From: Tubiluchus corallicola
Lineage: Eukaryota; Animalia; Priapulida
Reading direction: 5' to 3'
Assembly: GCA_030141605.1 (NCBI GenBank)
Contig: JAQGDQ010000049.1
Location: 372,001 to 436,000 of the forward strand
DNA length: 64,000 nucleotides
In this document: positions 50,203 to 64,000 of the stretch, in pieces
How positions within the stretch are numbered: position 1 is the stretch's first letter
Layout: each line of letters begins with the position of its first letter
Position numbers and translations under genes: made by a program
Notes under the pieces: generated by a model
What the model was told of the DNA's origin: nothing
What the model saw: the letters and a program-made list of their open reading frames with translations, nothing else
Database searches by the model: none

Positions 50203-53200
50203 GTTATGTAACGGATGAAAGTCATGATCATTCTGGAGACGACAGTGGAAGCAGTCCAAGCAAGGCGAGGAAGACGGCAGTCCTTCGACAGATGATGGAG
50301 GACATGAGTAAATGTTTATTATATATCATTTATAATGTCATGCTGTCGTTGTGATAGGCTGCACCATCGTGGAGACATTCGCTCATAATTAATTCATGGA
50401 TCTGTCAAAGAAGGGAATCGTAAATATTTTATGAAGTCATTGTGTAAGATGAGCTGGCTTCTGGATAACTGGGTCAGGGTATCATGTATAAGGAGTCTTT
50501 TACTTTATACAGTATTTAAAACTTAGATATCAATAATACAGTTATAAATTATACTTCTACAAGTTATACAAGCAGCGTAGTTGGCTGGGGGTTGGTGGAG
50601 GGCAGTTCACCCCGGTGGCACTTTGGTCAAGTGCACTGAAAACGTTGATTCTGTCGGACAGTTAAAAAGGCAAAACATGTGACCATTTACTTTCCACCGC
50701 GCGTAGCACTTACAGAGTCTCCTACGAATTACGACAAAGGAAAATGGTAATTAGTAATTTAATATCACTGTAATATTTGTAACATAGCTTGTCTTTGCTT
50801 TTGAAGTGTCTGCACAGTACACGTTTTACTTTGACCTTCAAGTACAAATTAATAATAATGCTCTTACTTGCATTGTCTGAAGAAGCCTTTAAGCTTCGTA
50901 ACTTTTGAAGCATGTAAGGTGAATTTATTTCTTAAGTTTAACTACTTTTTAAATTTTTTCAGTAGTACTTTATTATTTTATCAGTTTATCTCAGCAATTT
51001 ATTGCAACTGCAAGTCAGCACTGCTAAATTTTATTAATCCAACACCTTCTTACATGGAGATTTTCATCGGGGGAGGGGTCGGAAGTTCTCAAATGCCACC
51101 CAGGGCCAGGGCTCCACAATCCTTAGTTATGCCACTGGGCGTGATCGTGATGTAATGTACCCCAGTACTATTACCACCTAATAAAAATTACAATAGGTGC
51201 AGAGTGCAGTAGTTCAAGAGCTTTTTTATGCCTAGAAGTTCTTTAATTTAGTTTAAGAACCTATTTTTATTAGCTCGCTACTCAGAGTTTTGGTTTTATT
51301 ATAGTTGGACAATTACATAAAAAACTTAGTTTTCACAATAAATTCTTGTGTCCATTTTTTTGTTTCCAAACTTCTCACTCTGGCATCTTGTCATATACAT
51401 ATTTTTTTAGTTTGTTTAATTTAACGGTAGATGTGACACAGATATAGGCTGTTTGCAAATATCCAGGTTTCTTATTTTCATTCAGTTTCTTTTGATATGA
51501 TGAGTTTCACATTACATGCGTTAAAAAGCTTCCAAGCTAATAAGCCTTTTCACAATTCCAGCGATTGATGATGATCGTGAAAAGGTCAAAGTTTAAGGGG
51601 CAGTCCACATATAATGATATCAAGTTTAGGGTAGATAAGTGGAAGGAGACGTGTTAATACCATTATACACAAGGTCGGTAGGTAATTTAGTCATCGTATC
51701 GTTATCTGACTTCACACTTTTTCAGCTTCACCGGTGCCAGTAGAATCCACTGATGGTTTCCCGTTAATTAGCACAAGTGATGTTGTTGCCTGTCCTTGGG
51801 AGAAGGAAGAATAAAATGTACAAAAAGCTATGTCAGTGTGATATGGTGGTAGGTAGGTGGAGGGGCATATGATAACACCATTGTAATGCAAGGTAGGTAG
51901 GTCCTCGAAATAGCCCAAAAACTTGATACCGTTACATGTGGATGGCCCTTAAATGAGCGAGACAAAGCATTTGTGTATACTTGTCAATTCCTCGCAGCCC
52001 ATACTATTATAATAGTGACAGTTTTAACAGGTAGCTAGAACCTTGCCTAGTTCATTTTTTTTGTTCCCAAGCAAGATTCTGCTAGTTACTCACTCTACAC
52101 ACAGACTAATGCATAATTAAGTAAAGTCCATGTAAAATAGCTGAAGTTACTGAACTGATGCGGCAGACGGCCTTGCTTTACACATGTCACTTTGAGCTAC
52201 AGCAACTGCATGTGCTCATTGCGAAACTGTGAAAAGGCTTGTTGGTGTGATGTCTATCTGCATTTTGGAGAATGTTTCATAGTACAACTTTTTACAACTA
52301 GTTATGAATGCATTTGAAAAATATTTTTAGCAAAGTGACGCGATTTTGTTAATTTGCTTAAATTTAATTATGATCTTTTATTTTCAGAATCCCAAAATTT
52401 TGACGTGATCAGATTTGCTAGCTACAGAACAGCCTGCAAGCTTCGTTTCATTCAGAAGAAAACGGAAAGTATGTAAAGTGGTAACATATAGCCAACGGAT
52501 TTAATCATTTGATAATAAAAAAACCAAAGAAAGTCTATATTAGAACCCAATAATTTTTTTAACAACCAAACTTTGAGATTTTAAAAATCCTTCATGAGCG
52601 TTCTTAAGGTGCCGAGCTAGTGTTTAAAAATTTCATCTGTAACATAGTCTAGATGTCTAAACAACTACAGTGAAGAGCAGAGCCTTCATGAACTGGAAAT
52701 TTGAATGCTTGGTTGTTTAAAAAAAGAGTTATTGAGTTTTAATACAGATCTTTGTTGTTTTTTGTTATAAAAGTGGTAATACACTTTTGTTTAATGTCGT
52801 TTTTTATGTCAAGCGTTTACACAGTTGGCATTTCGTAGAATAACTAAGATTATGCAGAACAGTCAGTAAGAAGAACAATATCATATGTAAATATAGCTCC
52901 CGCCATACTGCCATGAATTTCACTAATGTCACAAATTCCTGCAAATCATCTCCAGGAATGTCTAAAAAATTTAACAATTGAGACACTTCTATTTCTCTAA
53001 TCGGACTTAATCAGTCCAGTCATGAGTGTTATTGTTCACATTAATTTGACATTTTGTCTGCTGTTCTGACGCAGTGCACTTGAATGTCTTTCAAGTACTA
53101 CTGGTGATGAACTTTCAGGGGTTCAAAATTATAATAGAAATGCACAACTTCATATTGCAAATGATGCACAAGTAACTTTTGCTTATTAACTTACATGTGT

Positions 53201-56200
53201 GGTTTGCCTATTGTTCATTTTTCTAATGTTAACCAATGTCAGTACAACCAGAAACTTTTTATTTGTAAAATAAGGTTTTTTAAACTAAACGTTTCTTTTT
53301 TTGTCCATTAAGAACAAGAAAGTATTGTCTCACATGCATTTGCCTTTAATTATGTTTCTATATTAGTTTGATCTGATTTTGAGATAACATTTGGTGCATA
53401 TGTGCAAGCTAGGCAGGGCCAGATTATAACCTTTTGGGTCTCTAGGCTAATAAAATTATGGGGCCCACTTTAGACGAAGCCAGCCTCTAACTCACCCACA
53501 TCCATCTTGAATATTTTTACTCATGATATATTTTAGCGACATTTGCATAGCTTGAAGTAAACGTATTGCAGATTTTTATATAAACTAGAACAGCTATGTT
53601 CAGATTTCTTTACCAAATATTACCAAAGCTTGAGGCACCCTAGGCTACAGCCTATGCTAGCCTATAGGACAATCCAGCCCTGCATGTGATAGGTATTTAA
53701 GTGCGTGTGCATATGAGTGCTTGCTACTTGTTTAATTCATAATGAACTCTGACATCTTGAAAATCAGCATGAGAATGAGAGTGAGAGTTATCTTTTCTAA
53801 CGAGATAATTAGGAAGAGAGTTTTCCTGTGCTTATTTTAGAAAAACAGTTTCTTGCTGTGTTATATATATTAACATTATACATTATATACATATATTAAC
53901 ATTATACAACATTATAACAGGATACACTGCGCTTCGTTCTGATGCGATCAATTCTTGTGCTCTAATATAATTGCTACCCTCATTAACTTTGCAGCGAATG
54001 TGCAATTGTGTTTATTATGTCACAAAGTGTAATACAAATGCTAGCATTTGCTTCCAACCATTTAGCTCTAGTCTTTGTGTATCAGTCGAGCTATGACTTT
54101 ATTTGCCATGCATGACACACACATTGCTAACGGATAATGAATGTATGAATATGTACACTCTTGTCCATTAGTGTTGCATTTGGTGGTTGATTGATAGCCT
54201 CTCTGTACAAAGCCAGTCTTTTTATTTAATTTCATTCTCTCGTCACATACATTACGAAGCTGCATGCAGCATCTCTGATTGCCAATCCCAGTAAATTTGT
54301 TTCTGGTGGCCTGTCAGTTTGACATGGTTAGTTGTCATAGAAACGATGCAGTCGCACCCCAATTGAGATGGGAGCTCTCGGCTTTGTGTCATGATTGCTG
54401 GATTACACTCGTTTCCTTGTGAATTTATTTGATAGCCTTCATCTACTAATAAATGGCATCGATTGCCTTTGACAACTAATTCGAAGTGAGGCGATCGTCT
54501 ATGAAACATTGATAGCGTCTTTTGCGGCGTCTTTGCAGAAATTGTTTTGAGTAATTAAATTGTTTTGTCTGTTTTTGCAAAAGACTTGTTAATATTTGTA
54601 AAAAAGATCAGGGCTTATATGACTGTCAGTCAGACCGGATTATGACCTTTTGGGGCCCCTGGGCTAGTGAAAGTATGGGGCCCCATTCAGACAAAGCCAC
54701 CCTCTAACTCGCCTGTACCCATCATGAGTATTTTCCTCGTAGTATATTTTAGCGGCATTTACATAGCTTGAAGTAAACTTATTGAAATTTTTTTAATAAA
54801 CTAGCATAGCTATCTTTTGTTTGACAATAAAAATATTCTTTAAGAAATGCCACAATATTACTATTTTTGCAAACCAAATTAGCACGTATTTCAACACAAC
54901 TGTAGTGAAAAAACACATTTATCTCAAGCATGAAGCCCTGAGCTGCAGCCTATAAGATAATCTGGTCCTGCTGCTGGTGAATATTTTTTATTTTTAATGT
55001 GCGACTTGACTGATAATTTAGTTGCTTTATATTATATTACATTTGTAGCTTACTTTTGAATTTTTTTGTTTACATTCAAGGAACTGATTGACGTGCATGA
55101 TGTGCGCAATAGGTGTTTTTGTCAACATTGCCTGCACTGTTGATTAACGTAATAAGACTTTTTGAGACTTCTGCATGAGTCAGTAGGACCATTTCCGTAA
55201 CAATAAGTTGTCAGCATTTTAGTCATTGTTATTGTCATTGTTTATCGGCTTTGAGGGGACAAAAAGTTCTGTTCCAAGCAGAGGTATAGCAAGGCATCAG
55301 GGGGTAATTGTTCAGTTCATATACAGTTCTTTTCGTAAATGTACCTTAATTTTTATAGTGCTGCTCATAGATATAACTTATTTTTACAGTGCTGCTCATG
55401 GATATACCTTAATACTTATAATGCTGCTCATAGATATACCTTAATTCTTACAGTGCAGCTTATAGATATATGGAACGTGATTGAAACATTCCGTGACAAC
55501 GGCCTAAACACGCTAGAGCATCAGAGTGAGATCAACATTTCTAAGCTGGAACAACTCATATCTGGAATGTACTTTCAACTTAACAAGCGGCTACCATTAT
55601 CACAGCAAGTGGATGCTGAAGCCTGTATTACTATGCTAGTCAATTGGTTACTGGCCGCTTTTGATAAGTACGTTCAATCATGCTGAATTTTAAAGTTTTC
55701 GTTTAGTTAAATACAAATTAGTCAGCATTTTATTTTTTGTTTGGAGACAAAGATAACTAAATGTGAACTAAAACGTCCAAAATAAGTGCGTCATCATTAA
55801 TTTGAATAAAAGTAATTGCACATGCCTACATAAGGCAATATAAAAAGCAAAAACAACCAACAAACAGATACTTGAGAATGAAGTCCAATTGGGCTATTTC
55901 ACGTAAGGATGCACCAAATATTCAGATCACAGAATTTTTTCCCCGAATACGAGTATAAAAATCCGGTCTGGTAAACTTCGTTTGTAATCACTAATAGTTC
56001 GCTGAACTTTCGGTATAGCTTTTTTAACGATTGTCACATTCATTGAAAATTACATTAAATAAATCGAATATTTGCCTACAATGCTTAGAAAAATTTATCC
56101 AAAAAAATCTGATAGTAAACAGCAAATACGACACAATACCCAACATTCTGCTTTCTGTATGATAACTCGAAGATGCAATGCACCGTCAGTACACAAGTCG

Positions 56201-59200
56201 GGTCAAAGTGCAATTGCATGCTGGTGCAGTAATTATTTATACTAGCTTATACACAATGAAATAAATCAATGAGAACTCAAGCTATTAAATAATTATACTA
56301 TTGTAGATTTGCATAAATATTGTTTTTGTTGATTACACGAAATAGTTTGAACAGCTTTTGAAAAAATGAGGGCTGCTTTTAAAATATTTAATACTTTACT
56401 GCACAGCATTAAACAAACACAGATTTAGTAATTCAGACTTACTACTCACCATTAACTTAAAACGATTAAAAATTACAGTTTGTAATTCTTTTCAATTAGT
56501 ACAAGAAAATTCCGTTCAGTTTCCTTAAAAAATTTGGTTCGGCTTCGGTCCGGTATTCCAATTTAACTTGATATCTTATTTGGAATTCGGAGCACAGCCA
56601 ATTATTCGTTAATTGATTAAGCTTCGGTTCGTTGGCATCCAAGAATAAAAAATTTCGGTTTCTGTGCGACTGATGGAAATGTGCCTTCATGTTTCATGTT
56701 TCATTTGCTCATCTCCTGTCCTACTTATCAACAAGACACATGTAAAACTTTCTGAGAGTCCACTTTCTTAAAGCACTTTTGTTTCAGCTGTAGCTCATAG
56801 AATTGTTCCGTTCTTCTTGAAGTAGTGTAGTTTAAGGGTTTCGTTTACTGTATACACTCAAGATATACTGGTTAGTCCTATAGCTGGTGTTAATTATACA
56901 AGATAAAATGCTGTATTTATTTTTTGTGTGCTTTTTAGCGCTGGTGCTAGCAGAATGAGAGTGCTATCTATCAAAGTATCTCTGGCCATTCTGTGTTCTG
57001 GTAAACTAATGGATAAATTACGTTGTAAGTATCTGACTTTATTTCATTATGTAGAATCAGAAAAATTACATTTACTGTTATAGTGTATGTGTGCTCGTGG
57101 TTATCTGTGATAAATGTTACACTGATCCTACGTAGGTAATTAAATAGATTAACTTTTTTATCTTATCTTATCTTACTTTAGGTTTACCTCATCGCATAGA
57201 CAGAGAACATTAGTAATTAGTGATTAATTTATTTTTATCCATGTTCCAATAATAACGACACTTCAAATTGCATAAAATTAGGAGAAAAATGATTTGATTT
57301 GCAAAAGTATTGTGGTTACCTTAATTTTATTCAGCATAGTGAACTGACATTATTCTGTTTAGTGCAAGTTTTAATAATGAGGTGAACATGCCTCTTCCTC
57401 CTCCTTAGTTGCTGTCATGCTCAATATAGTGTGATACATTAAATATTTTTAATTCTTCGCTTTTTCAAGCAGTTTTATCATGTGTGATTTCAGTTTCTTG
57501 GTCCCAGTGGTTATTCTTGCATTCTGGCATCTTTTTCATTTTGTGTACAATGCATCAGAATAGTTAAATAGATTGTGCACTTGTAAATGTATTTGTACTT
57601 TATTCCATCCATCTATCAGTGCATCAAACGGTTCTCTTTTGTTAAGTTTTAACCATGTTATGCCAGAAAATATTTTCTGTTAGATCATATTCTGACTAGA
57701 ATCTTTGCCGACTATGATTCTAAACCAATAGTCTAGGCTAGTTTAATTTAAAGGACGGATGTAGAACTAATTTCTAGTTACAAACTTGTTACATTTTCTT
57801 TACTTGTAACCAAACCTATTCATTTTCTTTTATGTGGGAACTGGAAAATGCTTTAATATTAATGTTTAAAATTCTGTGATAAAAAGCTTGCTAACTCGCT
57901 AGAAATTGAGTCGCCACGTATTTATGCAATGTATTATTTACACTAAGTTGTTTCTATTGTAATAATTGGTGTTTGTATATACAGGTAAGCACAACATTGA
58001 TGAGTTTATAAGTCAGATTACCTGTTGGCAAACTAACTGAAAATTATTGTGACTGGTACCTGGATTTATTTAATTATGGAAATAGCTCTAAAATTCTGTC
58101 ATAGTTTTTATGAGAACATCAATAGTGACTTGTGAGAATGAAATTCTTAATTCTTGTTATTGTGAATTCCCGTTAATTAAATGATGTTTTTTCAGATATT
58201 TTTTCTCAAATATCTGATTCCAATGGTCTGCTGATAAAATCAAAATTCCAGGACTTCTTGAAGGAAGCCGCTTCACTGGCCTATGCTGTTTTTGAGGGTC
58301 CATCTTTTGGCTATAGTGAAGTTGCTGATAAGAAATGTTTTGACAAGGTAAGTGTCTACTGTACAGCTGCTTTACAATTTTGTTATTATTATTTTTTTAA
58401 AATAAATTGCATTTGAAATTTCTCTGTAATGTCTCATGCACTCTTATTAAAATTCTTTCTGAATTACAAAAGTTTATTTATGTGTGAACTGCGAAATTTT
58501 ATTTTTGGAAGTTTTCCTTAAAGTACATATCCTATTTTGCCAATTTGAAATTTTCGTTCATCAAATGTCACCATTTCTATTCACTGTTGTTTATGCCTGT
58601 TTGCCTTGGTAGACATCTGCAACTGATGTCTGTGATAACAGCTTGCATTAGGAACATACTTTAGCATAGCTCTATTTTTGATGTTTCTAAATGAGTAGCA
58701 GTTTTAAGAATTTGTTGCACTTGGCCAGATGAAAACAATTTATTCAACACACAACCACCCATTCATCTTTGCATCATCGAGGCGTCTTAGTCATTACCCT
58801 CACTCCAATTAACTAGTTAGCTTATGCTTTTGGATGACATAGTGCTTCATTATCGTACCATAGTGACCTCTCAGTCATATCCCACTCTAATTTGCTACGT
58901 GTAGTTAGTTTATGCTTATGGATGATGTAATTTTGTAGTGTGTAGTTTTACCATTCATCCAGTCAATGAAAGCGTTTGGCTGACATTATTTAACTCATTA
59001 AATACTGGCTGACATTAGTTAATACAAATAAATTTAAATTGAAAAAAAAATCGAACTGATTATATATGTATGTATGTATATAATTTCACTGTTTTTTAAA
59101 ATTTGAACATCATGTTGCATAAGAGTAATAATGAAATGAGTGTGTGTGCTTGTATTACAAAATATACATTTTATACAAATGAATGACTACATTGTGCTAG

Positions 59201-62200
59201 AGACTAAATAAAGTGTAAGGTACTAAATAATCGCATAAGGTACTAAAATATATTTGTATATTATTTAAAAGTGTATTTTCAGAAGGAGAAAGTGACCGTC
59301 AATGACTTTTTGGACACCATGATGTCAGATCCAGGACCACAGTGTCTATTGTGGCTCCCTCTATTACACAGAATGGCAAATGTCGAAAATGGTAAACTGC
59401 AGTTATACACAATTTTTTTCTCTAAACATTTTTATTTAATCATAACCTTTGGTATGCAGTTATACATAACAGATTATTAATACTTTAGGCTGTAATGCAA
59501 AAGAAATACATGTTACAAAATATGACGCATGGCTGTTAAGTGTTAGTAATGGGTTAAATAAATATCGATGTTAAAGTAGCAAAAGTACATACAATCAATT
59601 GATGAAAAGTAGCATGTAGATTTTATATAGTCTTGAAACAATGTAACATTTTGGTAGTGGTTTAGTTGAGAGATACACTATTTTGTTGCTGCAAAGTTTT
59701 CTTTTAAGTTTGAGGTTGAGTCTAGTTTTGTAATAACAAAATAACTAGCGACAGATTTTATGGTGAGGATAGTCGAGGTCGTATTAGTTTGGTATATGTG
59801 TTAGTTCAAGCTCCGAATCTGCAGTAATTTTTTTCTGCATTCATTACATTTAACATTTTTTGTCTTCTACAAATTATGTTTGCATTGTATTTGCTCTGGG
59901 TACATCATCGTACATAATAATTGAATTCTGTGTGCGTAAAAAGTGCAGTATGTATGTATGTGGTGTGTGCCCTGAAAGCACAAGGTTGTAGGTTGAACTG
60001 ATTGATTCACAATTTTTCTGCCCCTCTTTTTCAATTAATTAGCTGTTTGCCTAATTGCTGTAGCGTGATGTCTTTTTCTAATGTGCAAATGTGTTTTTTT
60101 GTTTAATTCTTTCAAAAATGTGCATGATAACTAGAGTTACCTTGTAATGCTCGATTTTATAATTTTTAGTTTTCCACCCCGTCATTTGCGATTCCTGTGA
60201 AAGAGAGTCATTTATGGGATTTCGCTACAAGTGCCAGCGGTGCTATAACTTTCAGCTGTGCCAAGAATGCTTCTGGCGAGGCAAGACGGCAGGCAGTCAC
60301 ACAAACGACCATGAAATGAAGGAGTACTCATCTTACGTAAGACATCTGCCATTTTTGCATTAGTTTACAATAATGTCGAATGGTTTATGAAAGTGGTGGC
60401 TAATAAACTTGGCGGCCTCATGTTGTTGAGACAAAAAAGGAGATGATGCTAGATTACTGAATGTGAAGCAGGAAAATTAGATTTTAAAATTTTATTTGGC
60501 TCCCAGGTTTCGCTGATTTTTTTATCAAATGAGCATTTTAAACATAACTAAACAGTTATTTTGAGCTCAGTTGTTCTGCATTGTACTGACATCCTAGAGT
60601 ATTTCAAATTTGCCTTGGCTAGTTTTGCTGTATAATCATGCAATTGGGATTAAATAACTAAAAAAATGTTATTAAAAAATAAAAATTAACCTTTGATACG
60701 TATAGTGCCAACCCCCCATATGTTAATTCTATACTGAACGATACATAGGCGTGGTGTTTTTAGGAACCTTGTAAGCATACATTGTCCTTGCATATATTTA
60801 CAAGTATTGTATTTGGCGTGAAATAAACAAATCATATTTCTTAAACTAATTTTCTTGTTTCACACTATGTGTTTTTTGTGCTTTTCCACTGGCTAAGCTT
60901 GATAAGTCTGTTGTAAAAATATCATCCTCAATGGAGGTCATTTACCGAAATTTTCCATGGATTACATCCATGTTTTTTTCCAACTTCTTTATTTGTATAA
61001 TTTATTATTAATTTATCCAGTTCTTGGTTTTAAGAATGTATTTCACGTTATCTGTGTCATTGTAGTTAATGATATCCTTCTGGTTCTTAAACTTTAACTA
61101 ATCTTTTCTGGTTTCTGTAATTCGTTTTTAACCCGACCTTCAGAATCGCTGCGAATCTTTCCCATTTTTGGTGTCTGTAATTTGCACCTTACGATTGTTT
61201 ATTTTTCTGCACATAACTTGTCGTTAATAATTTTGTTTTTAAATCATTGTTGCTTGTATTAACTTTAATTTTGCACTAAATTCATTGATATGATACTATT
61301 TGCTTTGTTTTTCTTTGTGTTATCTATTGTTTTGTTACAATAAGCATACTTTTAGGTTCATCGTAGTGCATCGCTTGGCAATGTGCCAACTGGTTCAAGC
61401 TGTTTGATCACAGTGAGTTATTTTGCACTGTACCAATTTGAAGCTATGTTTTAATGCTATGACACTCCAATGTTTTGACATATTAACAGCATGCAAATAA
61501 ATGGTTAAGTAGCCAGTTTAGGTTTTAGTAAGCAACAAAAAACTGCTTTTTACTGTTCTTAGGTGCTGACTAAGTTTCTAAACTTTGTGACACAATTTTA
61601 GCTAGTGTTATTGTACTGTCATTTGCTATTTTTTTCAAAGTTAGTTGAGGATTAGCTGGTGTTAGCATGCATTTGCACGATTTACTATTAAAAACAAAAC
61701 GGAATAAATCTTTATGATTATATGCCATTGCACTGTCTAAGCCAATAGCTAAGTTAAATTGGGGCTCATTCCTTAAATTAGTTTTTCTCACCCCCTCATG
61801 CCCTCACTCGTGCTTTGTGATTCCCTTCACTTTTAGTGCTTTTACTTATTCCTGTATTACTGTTATAAATAAACTTATACTGTTTTGTCTTTAGAGCAAA
61901 CTTCATTTTAGCTGCCTTCATTCAGCTACTAGCAACCCTCCAAACTCTTATGTATGAAATCGGTGTAAGTGGAAATTAGCATTATTTAAATTAATAATGT
62001 CAAACCATTCATATAGTTGCTACTGTAATCGTTCTCTATTTAAACGATGGGCTTAGGCTAATAGACATAATATTTAATAAATTACTATGCTGAAGAGAAT
62101 GACTGCTGGTGTTACAAAAATGACCATGCATTTTATAATTTTCCTATAGAAAAGTCTGAAAAATTGAAGTTTGAAATAAATGTTTGTCACTTTGCCTGAT

Positions 62201-63934
62201 GTAAGTATTTTCAAAAGCAACCAAAATCATGGCCCAGATCTTTGTCTTTCCAAAGAGCTATAAACTTTTTTGGCAAAATTTAAAAAAAAACTGGTGGGTG
62301 GATTTGGAAAAATCCTGAATGAAGATGCCATGACATCCCATAAAACCTAAGTAAGCACACAACTTCTACCAACAAATGACTATCCAATCGTTACCACCTC
62401 GATCTTAGGCTCTTTCCTGTTCTCTCAATAAGTGTTGAGAGAAATAAATAGGCAAACTGCCTAAAATGAGTTTTTCATTTCTTGTTCCTTTTGATAACTA
62501 ATATATAAAAGTAAATCACACTGCAAATAGAAACCTTTTGTTTGACGTAGGAATTCTAATCACAGACATTAAATGTAGAATTGTAATATCTCCATTCTTA
62601 ATGTACTAACAGATATACAGTTTTGAAAACTCTAGTTCAAAGAATACGCTGTTGTAATCTTTACTTTTATTTTATTTTAGTTTTTATTCTAACATTATTT
62701 CTTGTTTTTTGTTTCTGTTTGTTAACCATTTACTAGCCTGTCTTTCTATAACATAGCTTGTTGTGCCTTTGCTTAATCGACACACTATGCATTGTGCTAA
62801 GGTATCCAAAATAGGCACTACGCAATCACTTTATGAATTTGTTACAGGAATCCATGACAAATCTGTTAATTTTTGTGCTACCTAGCTTATTTTTTTATAG
62901 AAATCACCGGCAAAGCAACTGAGTCATTCGCTGAGAAAGTCTTTCCGTTGTGTTCCATCAAAGGGCGATTCTGAAATACCGAGATTTCCTGAGACCCCAG
63001 AGCCAAAACTGGATCTATCTAACATTGTGTGAGTAGTGATGTTGCTGTCAAACTGCCAATGTCACACAGACGTGGACGTAACCCATGAGGTGTGAGCCTT
63101 GAGGAGAAAAAGCCACCTCATGAAAAATGAACGTATGCTAACAAATGGTCCTGTCACACTGATAATCCATTTGCCACCTTCCATCTACCACGGTTTGCCT
63201 ACCATAAGCCATCAGCCATAATCTTTGGTAGGCTCCTCGTAAAGTGCTTTGAGCAGTTCATAAGGTGCCTTACTGCGAAATGAATTCGGCCATTAACTTC
63301 ATTTGCCATAGAGCATTTGGGTCATTGCTAACACGCTAATTAGCATGTTTGTGGTTTTTACAGTGCATAATTCATTTATATCATAAGAATTCCTAACAGA
63401 ATGGTCTAATAAATATTAAAAAGCAATTTTTAAGCTTGACATTTCACTAATACTGCAGTTAGATACGTGCATTGCCAAAACGGATCATAGCAAAGCGCCT
63501 TACTGTTTACAGAGAATAAGGATGATACATGCCTTATGGAAGGTGCAAGACACCTTGTGCCTGGCTTACGGATTATGGATTATGGCTTGCTCCTTATACC
63601 TTTCTCTGTGTGACATGGGCCTAAATGCTTGCTTGGGTAAATAAAAATATTTCGCTTTGAAATCAGGACACATAAGCCTTTTATAGTTATATAAAATAGT
63701 TGTCATAATGGTAAATGGAATCTGTAGTTTAAAAAGCTACAAATTTTCAACATTATTTCATGAAATAACAAACGATGAAAAAATAATTAGAATATAAAAT
63801 GATATGATGCTATAATTTTCTAGGCCTGTCACTCCTACTGCTGTGCGAAATGGCTTTGCACATGACAAGTCATTGAACCAAACTTTTGACATGTCTTCTT
63901 TAGATGGCTCTAGGTCTGGATCTGCTTCTAGGAG
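50203..63934 (+). CDS. DTNB: Dystrobrevin (DTNA/DTNB family), 5' part with EF-hand region and ZZ zinc finger; continues beyond the window; start codon uncertain
   Basis: GT-AG exons 50203-50307, 52388-52468, 55454-55667, 56939-57024, 58196-58347, 59283-59391, 60170-60336, 62901-63028 and 63824-63934 join in frame. They give [95 protein letters not shown]...[21 protein letters not shown]...HEMKEY, KSPAKQL. An invertebrate gene would be co-orthologous to DTNA and DTNB. Confidence 0.92.
50569..51137. mobile_element. Possible decayed hAT-like MITE
   Basis: GC-rich ends CAAGCAGCGTAGTT...AGTTATGCCACTG around an AT-rich core. Confidence 0.35.
51595..51950. mobile_element. TTAA-flanked MITE (PIF/Harbinger- or Kolobok-like)
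   Basis: TTAAGGGGCAGTCCACAT...ATGTGGATGGCCCTTAA imperfect TIRs. Confidence 0.55.
53414..53682 (+). mobile_element. hAT-type MITE, same family as 42393-42746
   Basis: CAGGGCCAGATTATAACC...GGACAATCCAGCCCTG; colinear with the reverse complement of 42393-42746. Confidence 0.75.
54631..54970 (+). mobile_element. hAT-type MITE, same family as 42393-42746
   Basis: CAGACCGGATTATGACC...GATAATCTGGTCCTG; colinear with 53414-53682. Confidence 0.75.
55342..55468. repeat. 31-32 bp tandem repeat x4 spanning a dystrobrevin splice acceptor
   Basis: TACCTTAATT(C/T)TTA(C/T)AGTGC(T/A)GCT(C/T)ATAGATA units; the last copy is the true acceptor and exon start. Confidence 0.88.
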
Positions 63935-64000
63935 GTATGTTTTTGATTTTATGTAGTTATTACATTATAGCAAGTTTCAAGTAGCAAAAATGTTTCGTCT

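Noticed and set aside
55441-55453. CCTTAAT near the AG suggesting a second U12 intron
   Set aside because: The paired donor at 52469 is GTATGT, a U2-type site.
60850-61340. Strand-biased stretch possibly from a LINE on the minus strand
   Set aside because: No recognisable conserved motif; too decayed to call.

Overview
AT-rich, CpG-poor, intron-rich eukaryotic (probably invertebrate animal) genomic DNA. It holds the last 5 coding exons of CC2D2A (+ strand) and, convergent with it, a complete 16-exon DDX24 DEAD-box helicase gene (- strand, about 784 aa). An intronless class A GPCR is nested antisense in a DDX24 intron. A ~26 kb repeat-rich stretch follows (RTE, CR1/L2-group and RTE-X LINE fragments, MITEs, Penelope-like terminal repeats with hammerhead-like motifs), then the 5' part of a dystrobrevin gene (+ strand, 9 exons, running off the window end). 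Notable oddities: a U12-type intron and a GC-AG intron in DDX24, three local duplications that copy splice sites, an element built of alternating-orientation palindromes, and three degenerate hammerhead ribozyme motifs. Gene models were assembled by eye from splice signals, reading-frame continuity and remembered protein motifs; no database search was run.
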